DNA from: Octopus sinensis
Taxonomy: Eukaryota
Assembly: GCF_006345805.1 (NCBI RefSeq)
Contig: NC_042998.1
Span: 109,058,001-109,122,000, forward strand
Reading direction: 5' to 3'
DNA length: 64,000 bases
Shown: positions 1 through 12,038 of the stretch, piece after piece
How the letters are laid out: each line of letters opens with the position of its first letter
How positions within the stretch are numbered: position 1 is the stretch's first letter
Translations under genes and position numbers: made by a program
The notes under the pieces: generated by a model
The model's input: only the letters and a program-made list of their open reading frames with translations
Told to the model about the DNA's origin: nothing
Databases searched by the model: none

Positions 1-944
1 TAAAAAGTGGAATCTCTGGAAAAATTCCTTTCCAGAGGTCTTGTTAGATTACCCTTAATATATTTAACCCTTATATTTGATTCTAATTCAGGTATGCTGG
101 CTTTCAAAAATTTGAACAATCTTCAATGTGATAATTTGAAAATACTCAGTGATTTTGTAATCCAGGGATATGTTCAATTTTTTCTTGTATTACTATTGAT
201 ATGGTTATTACTTGTAATATTCAACCACGTTACCCTTTCCTGAGAATTTTTTTTCCCTGATAGTAGATTATTTATTTCAAATATATTTAAACACTCCTTA
301 TAAGTGTTGTATGATGTTAGATATGAAAAGGCATGTAACACTCCTATAATTTCAAGGGATTCTTTGAAATCTCTTATTCGGGAAATAAAATATTGTTTTC
401 TATTATGTTTAAGATTGGTTGCTTTCGGTTTTGCTAAAGTTTTTAATAAATATTGTATGCAAGCTATGACCGTGTTTAATGCAGAAGTCCTGAAATTTAT
501 CTATATAATCTGATTTTCTTTCTATTTCCTGTCCAATTTGTCCTACTGTGTTTTATATTTATGTTTGTGTGATACACAACAAATTTTCTATTTCCTTTCT
601 TCGATTAAGTAATTTCTTTTATGCAAAGTTTATTGGGTTTTTCCCCAGATCTTTCAGCAAGATTCTAACATTTCTTCTATTGTTTGAAGGGAATCTACTC
701 TAAAATTGTGTTGTTTAACTTATTGTTTTTATTTATCTTCCAAGAACATTTTTATTTTACTTATGTTGCTTCATTTTTTTTACAAAATTTATACTCTTTT
801 CACCATTACCAGAATAAAATTTCTTATCATCTCATCAAGTTCATCTTTGATTTTATAAATTTTACAAAGGGTTGCTTCTACTTTCATTTTATCTTTTCTT
901 TCTTTCTTTCTTTTTCTTTCTCTTAAAATTTCCTCATCTTTGTC

Positions 945-1011
<67 letters not shown>

Positions 1012-1035
1012 TTATTATTATTATTAATATTATTA

Positions 1036-1078
<43 letters not shown>

Positions 1079-1256
1079 CATCATCATCATCATCATCATC
1101 ATATTATTATTATTATTATATTATTATTATTATTATTACTATTATTATTATCATCATTATTATCATTATTATTATTATTATTATCATTATTATTATTATT
1201 GTTCTTATTATTATTATCATTATTAATAGTATTATTATTATTATTATTATTATTAT
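945..1256. repeat. Compound microsatellite (AAT)n then (ATT/ATC)n
   Basis: Read directly from the sequence. Confidence 0.97.
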
Positions 1257-1925
1257 TGCTGTTGGTATTGTTGCTGCTGCAGTTTTTATTGCTATTGTAT
1301 TTGTAGTGTTATTTGCTATAGCGAATTACGCACACACTTACACACATCTTCCTCACTATAGACAAAGCAAAAACAACTATTTTTGAAAGTTGCTGTTTAT
1401 GATGTCCATATGCGTGTATGTGTGTGTGTAGGGGGCGTAGATGTTTGTATTTGTGTGTTTGTGTATGTGAATGTTGATATAGATAGTATAGCCCTCCCTC
1501 TTTTTGTAACTCTGTTTTCCTTCCTATAGAGATATGATATTTGCTTTACCTAAAGTTACTTTTCGAGAAAAAAAATTATTCAAGATTTGAGAGATCACAT
1601 GATATCTTTGTTATATTTTTCATTGATGTTCTTTACTACTTTGAGTTCATTCTAGCAATATTAGTAATTTAGTTTTATAATTTTTAATGTTTTTCTGATA
1701 CCTCCATTTCATAATACAATACATGAAATATATGAATCGCATATGAAGCTCCTACACGGAGCCAAATATCTCTCAAAAATGACGGCTACGGTCTTTAAGA
1801 TATATGAACATATTGGAAAGTATGCGTCTAAAAAAGGACAGTATGTTCACAGTTGAAACATATTTAGTCACATATCTACTTGATCAAGGCTGACCTGAGA
1901 ATAAACAACTATAACATGAAATATA

Positions 1926-2230
1926 GTACATGGCTCAGTGGTTAAAGTGCCGAGCTTACGATCGTTTGGTTTTGAGTTCGAATCCTGGACCAGGCTGTTC
2001 TTGAGCAAGACACTTTATTTCCCGTTGCTCCAGTTCTCTCTGCTGTAGAAATGTGCCAAGCTATATCGGCCTTTGCCCTTCCCTTGCATAACACTGGTGG
2101 CGTGGAGAGGGGAGGCTGATATGCATGGGCGACTGCTAGTCGTCCATAAACAACCTTGCCCGGACTTGTGCCTGGGAGGGTAACTTCCTAGGTGCAATTC
2201 CATAGTCAGTCATGACTGAAAGCGGTCTCA
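1926..2230 (+). mobile_element. tRNA-derived SINE
   Basis: A box TGGCTCAGTGG (1931-1941), B box GAGTTCGAATCC (1974-1985), followed by the ttgagcaagacactt core. Confidence 0.85.
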
Positions 2231-2599
2231 GGAGTATATAATTTATTTTTTTACGGATATACTTCCACTTAATAACATATCAAATATACGACTCACAGAT
2301 GACACCTCTACATGGACATCGTAAATAGCAATCTTTGATAATACAACTGTCATGTACTTATCTCTGTACGCATCCATATATCGCGCTAATTTCTCACAAT
2401 CTGTATCTCCAACATTCGCACAATCGAAGGATGGATCTTGTTAAGTCATCTTACCAGTCAGATTGCTGTTAAATAGCCTTCAAACACACTATGCCGTACA
2501 AAAGTGAGGTCACGTTGCGCTGGTCATTTCCGTTATGCTGTTCTCTTTCTATGGAATCTTATGTGTCAAACGTCATGTGTTTTTTTAAACTTTTGCTTG

Positions 2600-3560
2600 T
2601 TTGTCTGGAGGATGAGACTGCACCCATAACACTTGCAGGCGTTCCAAGATCAGTTCCAAAAGTCGATAATATTCCACTTAAAGTGTTGCAGGTCAACACA
2701 TGTAGGGAAGATGTAAGAAAGGAGGAGATTTCAAAGGGCTGATGTTCTTGCGAGAAAGAACCAGTACTAGTGGTTAATGCGGGTATAGAGGGGTGAATTC
2801 AACAAGGGTAACGAGATGTAGAGACACGAGTAAATCGGAAATGCTTGAGTGGTGGAAGTGCAAGACCAGTTAGCTCCAAGGAACTGACGCTATTATAATA
2901 GCTATAGAAAGACAAAGTGTGGCATCTTTTAGTAATTAAATACCAATAAGTCAAGCGGCTTTTGTGGGGATGCGGTGTGCATAGTAGCAGCACGATTCCA
3001 GATGTAGGTGCAGTATTGCAGTGTTGGCTTTCCGCGAGCATTGCAGAGTGTCAGCAGTTGTTGGGAACTGAAATAGCTTCTGACCCTGAAGAGAAGGGTT
3101 GTCTTTGTGATACAATTCTAGTCATATTGAAAATATTATTTCTCCAAATCAGATACTCCGTAACACGTCTAGCATTTGAAGAGATTGCGGGGACCCTAGC
3201 TGAGTAACTGTAGATTTTTAAGGAGGTATGGTAGGACAGTACTTTCTTGAAATGAGAAGTATTGAGGGTTTTTTTCTGTTAAAAGAAATAAGGCCGTTAT
3301 GGCCTCACCAAAGAATGCCTACAAGGTCTCCAATTATGAAATCAGTGCTGGCTTGGTATATAGTAGGCTGTGTATGAATGATGCAGGGTTTGGAAGTCGA
3401 GGAGAAATGAAGAGTCATGTCATTTGCATAAGATTGGGCGTTGCTGGATGTGATTACAAAAAGATCATTGATGCGTAGAGGGAAGAGACTGAGATACGAA
3501 TCAATTCTTGAGGAACATTTGGGTTAATTAGGAGGGCAGAAAGAGTACCGGTCCCATTAA
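2600..3560 (-). mobile_element. Heavily decayed LINE RT C-terminal fragment (CR1/L2/Jockey group)
   Basis: Minus-strand remnants PINPNVPQ.., INDLF, QSYANDMTLH (YADD-like) and a QYCTYIW-like motif; many stops and shifts. Confidence 0.6.
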
Positions 3561-3779
3561 CTCCCACGCAATGTTGCGATCTGATAAGATGTTTGATAGG
3601 ATGTGTCTATATGTTTCGGAAATGTAATATTTTATAAAAATCCCTACATTTGTACCTGTGTTTGCAGTAACTTGTCCTCATTTAGTTTATCCTCCTTGGC
3701 CCATATGTTTCTTTTATAATACTTGTGTATTTTAGATACAGGTATATCACTTGTGTCAATGCATATCCCATTCTGGCCT

Positions 3780-4350
3780 TTTTCATCTCCTGTTAAACTT
3801 GGTTCCAAGATGGTAATTCTGCTCTATCGACGTTTTAGGCTGGCATTCAGTGCTTAGTTTCCGAAGACGTCGTTGGGGTTGTGAGTCATCTCCTTCATAA
3901 AATAACATCTACGTTTTATTTCATGATTTGGTCTTGCTCAGTAGCGTTCAGACATATCTCAAATGGTTTTTTCTTAATCTCGTTTTTCAGTAGGAGCTCT
4001 TGTGAACAGCTTGTTTAGGGTCTTATTTTTTTCTCTCAGATGATGAATATTCCTTTCCCTTCTACAATGCTGCTTAGAAGTGATTATGCTGACTCGTTTA
4101 TACTCTGATGCAAAGCGATATTTTTCCAGATTAAACGTTCGCGTAGAGAGGTCGGTTATTCTTGCTCAGTAGCTCTTTCTAGCATAGCTTCTAATACTCT
4201 GTCAAGTTCTTAGACCAGTTGATGTAATTTCTTGGTGTCACCCATCAATATATTTAGTTCGTGCTCTTGCTAGGTGGATTCGGCCGTCTGAAGTGGTACT
4301 AAGAAATCACTAGTTCTGTGGGACATTTCCAGTCTAGCGTCCCACCAGGT
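3780..4350 (-). mobile_element. Possible decayed R2-group (Hero-like) non-LTR pre-RT fragment
   Basis: Minus strand RRERNIHHLREKNKTLNKLFTRAPTEKRD resembles the pre-RT helix of Hero/R2-like elements as I recall it. The match is weak. Confidence 0.35.
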
Positions 4351-4552
4351 ACACTATAAATACATACTAAATATATACATTGGTAGGTGGGGAGGAAAAT
4401 GCTGGGGGGCATTAATACAAAACAGATATATTAAAACTTAATTTGCAGCTCAGGGAATTTTAATATATTGAAAAAGAGAATACTAATATATATTTCTTCG
4501 AGGTGGATGGAATATGAATGGATCGTGATATTTTAAAGAGAGAAAGAAAGAT

Positions 4553-4860
<308 letters not shown>

Positions 4861-7800
4861 AACAAGTATATGTAGTGAAAAATGAGAGACGAATTTGAAA
4901 GATATAAAGTTAAGAACCAAGTGTGAAATAAAGAAAAATACGTGAATGAGAGAGACAGAAAGGTGGAGTGTTATGAAGAGAACTATTCTCCAAAAATAGA
5001 AATACGATTTATTGTTAACAGTCGGCTGATTTCCTGATTCTTACAGGGCGACTAAGTTCTTAGCTTTTCGGCAGACAAGTGTAAGTCATATCTTTTAACA
5101 CACAAACAGAAACAGAATTTCTTTTGGTCTGAATCGATGGCAATTTTAGGTTTATGGTAATGGAAAAATAAGATATTTGCATTGGAGTAGAAGAACTTAT
5201 TAATGAAAACCAAGAAATTACTCAACTGATTATTCTTTTGTATATTTTGAAAACAGAAGGTTAAATGGTAATCCGCCAGTGCTTTGGTAGTCATGGTAAA
5301 TAAGTGTGCATATATGTTTTTGTATGTGTAATGATGTCTCGAGTCTATGGAGTTCTTGAAGTAAGTAGGATCACATTATTTACTAGCGTAGGTGTTCTTA
5401 AAATATTTATGCAGATATTTACAGAAAGGTGAAGAGAAAGAATATCATACACGTGGTATTCTTTTCTCTTCACATTATGCTCTAGTCAGAGGTGGAACTT
5501 GACCTTTGTGCGGCGCGACAAAGATTGATATTGAAGGAGAGTAAGGGAAAAAAACACTGCTTATGGATGTTTGCTGTTGTTACTTGTTCCCAATTAGCCC
5601 TAATTCTCAAGTTCGTTACAACTGTGTCGTCTTTTGTTGAGGTCAAGTCCATTTAAGAGAGAAGTAGAGAAGTATACGACCGGAAGGAAATATACTGATA
5701 TTTCTAGTGATGGACGACCACGTAATGATTCAGTGGTTAGTTTGATGAATGCCCAGAATGGAGAACCAGTCCGAATAATTACAGATTTGATAGTGTTAGC
5801 AAGGTCACAGATGACAATCTATTATTTTATATTTGGAATATATAAATAAAATATATAAGAATAGTATACACTTAGGTGGAAATATAGTAAAAGCTTTAAG
5901 CTGTGCAGTACATTGGTTGTATAAAAATTTCTGCAATATATACGCTGCAGATAAATTAGACATACAAAGAAATACAACCATGTTAAATCTACTTCTTTCT
6001 CTGTAGATTGAAAAAAAATTACGTATAGATTGTATCACCTTTCAATTCAGTTTGGTGTTTCATCAGTGGCGTCTACATCACTAGGCCAATCACAGAGAAG
6101 CGACTTGTCAATCCGTTTATATACACATCAAATCTAGTGACTTCAGGTAACTGGCGCTGCATACAATGTCTAATGCATTTTTTTAATATTAGAGACCTGT
6201 CTAATGAATTCTTGCAAAGAATTCATGATACAGTCACCTTCTCTGAAGAAAGATTTTCTTTAATTAACATTATTAGTTATATAAAAGAATCCTTAGAAAA
6301 TACAGAATGGCACGAACCTTTTGCGAGTAAGTTTCCGTATTTACGAGTGAGGAATATTTTGTGATGCATATTAAGATATGGAAACAGATTTAATATTGAG
6401 TGGGAACTGAATGGAATAGCGGCTCACTGGTTAAATACTTTATTAGTTTATAATGATAAAACTATCACGTGAGTAATGCTTTGGCATAAAAGTAATTTAT
6501 AATGGGGAAAAACAGGTCACTATCGATTCATATATATCTATATATCTATATCTATATCTATCTATATATCAACATTAGTCGAATAACTATCAGCAATAGA
6601 GAATAATCAAGTCAAGTGTTATGTTTGTGTCCACGAAAGTGAGTAGCAGAGAAATTATTGGGAGGATTTAAGACATGTATTTCTTGAACTTTGCACATGA
6701 CTTTCAGTATATAAATATAACCGAATTAAAAAAAGAAATCGTAATAAGGTAACTGCTTATCATTGAAAATTTTTCTCCCGTACTTTTAAATCAGAAATGT
6801 CTTAGATATAAATTCACTTTTAATTAGAATATATATGGTAAAAAGTATATATTTTTCTCTTTTTGGTGAGAACTCAATACAAATTTAGTAACGTATGAAA
6901 GTGCTAATTGAGAAGGTGGTGAAAGATAGATCTATAGTAAATCTTAAGCATTTTGAAAATTTGTTAAAATTGAATCGAATAAAACTTTTTAGGAATTTGT
7001 CGTTTTAATTATCATTATCAGTTTCTTTTCAAGAAGCTTATTGTTGGGGAAAAGATATTTATATATAGAAATAATTTTCCTAAGATTAGAATTTGGAAAT
7101 GTTATGCAGAAAATACTTAAGTAGTTTTGTATCTTAAGATGACTATAAATGAACTCTCTCGTTGTCCAACTACAGTCAAGCTCTCTTACAAAACAAACCT
7201 CATTATTATTGATTGATTGTACTCCTCTTCTAACTAAATAAACACTTCAAATAATTTTTATCAAATAAGAAATTAGATTTCTTCTACCTTCTTCCTCTAC
7301 CTATTATTTCATCGGATGAAGCAAAATTAGCAGTATTAGATTTGCTAATTATTAGCTGGGAAACAGATTCGTCTACTGACTGAATAATGACAAAGATATT
7401 GCATTATAATTGTCTGCTTGAGTGACTGTCTTTTAAGGTTTATTATTAATATTGATTTCCATTGAGGGGTCTTAGTACTTCCTCACTATACTTTTGTTAA
7501 AATATCAGCTGCGTTTTGTATGAAATTCTGGTTAGTAATTCCAGGTTCACTATGAACAATTATTATCACCGTCAATTATTTAATAGTTGCTGTCAATTGT
7601 CTCTGGAAATATGTATAAACGCCTGCTGTATATCTTTTTGTAATAGTGCATAAAAACAATTGTAAAACAGAGATATATTACTAAGCGACTCCCTTCCACA
7701 AATAATTTAAACTTGCATTCATTTTGTTTTGACTGAAAACAGTCTTTTATTGTTTACTTATTGTGACATGCCATCCGTTTATAGTAAAATTCAGTTATAC

Positions 7801-9329
7801 TTATTTCAGGATGATTATCTACAGTTTCTGCTGCACTAACTCATGAATACTGTTTTTGTTTTACCCTCAGTGTATCTCCCATCAGTCTTGGAGACACTAC
7901 ATGGGTATAGGTGATTCCTTGGTCCCCTGGCTCCCTTTGCTAAGCCGCTCAAAAATGTTCACATTCACATTCACAGATAAAATAAATATAATTCCAAATA
8001 AAACATTAATACTCTTTACATATTAAAAGATTTCAATATCAAAGCATATATTGAACCTGATTATTTGCACAACTATAGAGCAAAGAACATTTTGCACGAA
8101 TAATCTTAATAAGAAGTTGGGAACAATAATTGAAAGACCTACTAGTCTTGAACATGACTGAACTAACGGGAGATTTTGAGAATTATGTATCTTTAATTCA
8201 TTTATAAACAATCTTAAGAAATGAGTAATTTGAAACAACACTCATTCAGAAAGCCATATGAAGAATTGTTTTGTTGTAGAGTAAAAATTACTCAATATGT
8301 TGAGTATTTATCTCATTAATAATGAAAATAAACGTTCTTTGAATTTTTAGAAATAATGCGGTCACTTATTGTGTTGCCTGTGTATTTTCTTATGCTGGCC
8401 TATATTTCATAGTAAGGTTTATTTTAGACTCTGACATAAATTCATGTTCGATTATAAAGAACTCGACGTACACGTGCACAGAGCCACAAATACACACACA
8501 CACACAGAGGCCCACACGCATATATACATGCCAAACATATATACAAACTAATATACACACACCAGATGTTAGGATTCTGACAAATACATGGAAATACATA
8601 AAGAAATAAATGAAAAATAATTAGGCTAACTTGCGCAATGAGGTCTTAGGTTAATACCATTCGCGTGAAAACGTCCTTATTAAATCTGACATTTATTTGC
8701 AGACATTGATGACATATCGATAATAGAACGTCATCTTTACATCCTACACCATCACCTAGTATGCAGAAACTAAATAATTAGAAATGAGAAATATTTTTAA
8801 TGTCTTCTGATTCCTTTGATTTTTGTTTTGCTAAAATAAGGAAATATAGAATATGAGATTTCGTTTTATATGATTTCAAATAGTTTGAAGATGTGATGGC
8901 ACGATACTATATATAAACACAGAAACCTACTTAATCATACGTCCAAAACCATACATACAACTTACGTATATGATTTACTAGCCACACCCACACGCCCACT
9001 TAACCACACACACACATATACAGACACACCCGCACAAACACACACACTCACACTTTCGCGCGCGCACACTCACACAAAAACACACATTTCGCACACTCGT
9101 ACACACACACAGATATTGTATTATTAGAAAAACAAAAATAAACTAATATATAAATATTAAATTCTACAGGATTTATTTTAATTCGAACATTGAATCAGAT
9201 ACTAAGTTGTCTAAATGTCTCTTTTAATTGACGTATATGAGATAGCTGTTTGTACACGAATATGTCGAGACTTAACGTCAGTAGATTTTGCAGATTGTAT
9301 TTGTTTAAAGCTGGCGCTAAAGTAAAAGT

Positions 9330-9572
9330 TACCTTTGCAAGTCATACCGACTCATAAGGACCGGTTTACCTGTTTCCTTGGCATATAGATTCCCCACCTG
9401 GGCGGGGCGCCGGTTCATCACGCGATTACTCATTTTTGCCAGCTGAGTGGACTGGAGCAACGTGAAATGAAGTGCTTTGCTCAAGAACGCAACACATAGC
9501 CCGGTCCAGGAATCGAAACCACAATCTTATGATCGTGAGTCCAACAGCCTAACCACTAAGCCATGCGCCTCC
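9330..9572 (-). mobile_element. tRNA-derived SINE (same head/core type as 1926)
   Basis: Minus strand A box TGGCTTAGTGG, B box GTTTCGATTCC, then cttgagcaaagcacttcatttcacgttgctccag. Confidence 0.85.
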
Positions 9573-9679
9573 ACTGGCGGTACACTTCGTCTGTACTCAG
9601 AGTTTCTTTGAATATCGTCGGAACAAAATACCAGATTCGAATAAATTTATGTATGTCTCTTATACTTTTTAATTATCAT

Positions 9680-10620
9680 AAACTTCCACTAAGGAGGTAG
9701 CCGATTTCTAAAAAAGATACAAGGCTCCGTCTTTGGAATGTAGGTAACACTGAAAATTTCACATTTGGAACTTGAGGAAAGTCTTGCATAATTTTACTGT
9801 TCCACTCAGTGTTTGCACTTGTAATGTACCAATTTGCCGGTCGATTTCTCTTTCTGAAAATCTCAGTTTATCCAGATTCTCCTTTAAGCATTTATTAACA
9901 AAGCCTAATGCTCCAATTATTATTGGTATGAATATGAATTCATATTCCGGATATAGAAGCTGAAGGTTTCGAAGCAGTTGTCCATAGATATCCTATTTTT
10001 CTTTGATTTTCAAAGAGATATTTATATCTACAGGGCAGTTGACCTCTATGACGGTACGCACCGGCGCCCTTCTGTCCCAAACAACAATATTCAGCCTGTT
10101 ATGCTTATATTTAACAAACATTTTGATGGGAATACTCCACCAGTATTACTTGAGTTGGTGTTTATGAGTGTACTCCATAGCAGAGGGATTTTCTATGTTT
10201 ATTTCAGGACAGTCTTTTTTGCGGATGGCGTTGTGAATTGTTTTAGCGATAGCATCGTGCCAAATAGCAACGTAGTACAGTGACGACATTTTAGGACAGC
10301 TGCTAATCACATGCGTGATGTCTTCCACAGAAACATGACATAGCCTGTACATACGGTGGAACTTTGGGAGTAGAAGAGCGTCACTGTCTCTCTTGTTCAC
10401 CGGGTACTTTGTGGCAATCTCCTATTCCTGGATTGCAAACGCATAGCCTTCAAAGTGTGATATGATGTAGTGGTCTTGTGTCCAAGAGAGGCTGCGCTTC
10501 GTGTCAATTCTACTGTTTTCTTCAAGCTTCCGAGTAACATACCCATGATTCGAACGTGAGCTTCTGATGGTTGTTATCCTTAGGTCTTAGAACACCTCCT
10601 CTCTTTGGACGATATGTGTT
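9680..10620 (-). mobile_element. R4/Dong-clade non-LTR retrotransposon 3' fragment (CCHC finger + RLE endonuclease + 3' UTR)
   Basis: (Y)RLCHVSVEDITHVISSCPKMSS.YY..WHDAIAKTIHNAI; then HNRLNIVVWD...IEVNCPVDINISLKIKEK..YGQLLRNLQLLYPEYEFIFIPIIIGALG. The 3' UTR resembles 53420-53500. Confidence 0.85.
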
Positions 10621-10626
10621 AATAAC

Positions 10627-10699
10627 TGTTGTGGTGAGAGTCACGACACACTCGACGAGAATAGATTTGACCGAACGACTATAAATAGTAGCGGTTTAA

Positions 10700-10732
<33 letters not shown>

Positions 10733-10943
10733 TAGTAGACGTTAATCGCAGGAAGTCGTACGGTGTCGTTTTGGTAGTTTGTCAGAATGTCGTTTGTTGG
10801 TTCGTGTATAGTTCGTGGAGAATTTGTTGGATTGTTATGTTGTTGCTACCTTGCTTCATAATATGTTTTATTGTTACTATACAGTTATACCATTAACAAG
10901 TATCGTCATAAATACTGGTGATACTACAATAATTGGCGACGAG
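10627..10943 (+). mobile_element. Probable Gypsy-type LTR (about 302 bp) followed by a primer-binding site
   Basis: Begins tgttgt at 10627, ends actaca at 10928, tataaata near 10680, then tggcgacgag at 10934-10943, which is a Gypsy-like PBS. No gag/pol follows. Confidence 0.6.
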
Positions 10944-11729
10944 TAACTACGTTACAATAATAAGACTTGCAATTCATTGGTGTAAGGGCGTTTGCTATGA
11001 ATACACATCATCTTAAGACAGAGTGTGTTCCCCGATGAAAAACAATAGCGGTCAGATATTCACGTTCAAGTCAGACAGAGCATAGTAAGAATGTATAGTT
11101 ATGTTATTGCATATATATATTTATGCATGTATGTGAATGTATATATGCATGTAATACACATAGGTACGTACGCATTTACGTATTCATGCTTATATTGATA
11201 CACAGATGTATGTGTGTGTGTGCGTGCGTGCTTGTGTGTGTTACTATATAGACGGACAGGCATGTGATCCTGTAAAACTACATATGTGTGTAGATGTATT
11301 TGCATAGCAAAACAAGTGATTTGATGTGAGGTCGTGCGCTGAAACTAAATTGATTGCAGCATGGAACACAAGTTAGACATTCAGAATCACGCAAAGGCCG
11401 TTACTTTGACTTAAACATGTATTTGTAACATGGTGTCAAAATTTTCGTCGCTCGAAAAAATGTGCTGCAATTCACAATTTTATATATTTCTAAACACTGC
11501 GATGAAATATGCCTTTTGCCACATTCTTCCGATGACATCGTTAGTAGTTGTTATATAATGAACGTGGTTATGGCATAAACCATAGTATGCTTGAAACAGC
11601 TGTTAAGCTTAAAATATTGCATGATTCTTCTTTTCCAGTTATTCTATTCTATACTATGTATTTTGTATACCGTGTGTATATACGCATAAAGTCAGCTCGT
11701 TTTTATATATAAATATATATGTATATATG

Positions 11730-11784
<55 letters not shown>

Positions 11785-12001
11785 AAATACATTTTTTAAA
11801 CCTGTCTCCTTTCTGTACACATATTTATTCCCCATCCAAAACCTAAACAGTTATCTCCCCTAAACACAACAATAACAATAATAACAACCAATTACCTCCC
11901 TTTACTTGTCAACTTGGAAAGTCATTCACTCGTGAATTTCATTACAAACAACATGGACTAAATTTCTTAAGAAAAAATATATATTCATATAAATTAAACA
12001 T

Positions 12002-12038
12002 TATATCATGAATAGCGATTGCGAAACCGGTCGATATA
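12002..12038 (+). ncRNA. Minimal hammerhead-like motif, A3-U8 core variant
   Basis: TATATC-ATGAATA-GC gatt GC-GAAA-CCGG-TC-GATATA. Stem I 6 bp, palindrome ACCGGT, GUC triplet. Stem II is only 2 bp, which is weak. It follows a C/A-rich pLTR-like tract (about 11790-12000). Confidence 0.6.

Noticed and set aside
1-930. Purine-rich minus strand suggesting a decayed retroelement ORF
   Set aside because: It has multiple stops and no recognisable motif, so it cannot be assigned.
11430-11475. Minus-strand GCGAC-GAAA-ATTT-TGACA resembling the G3-C8 hammerhead
   Set aside because: The 5' half is deleted or decayed, so it is not called as a ribozyme; it is used only as evidence for the family.
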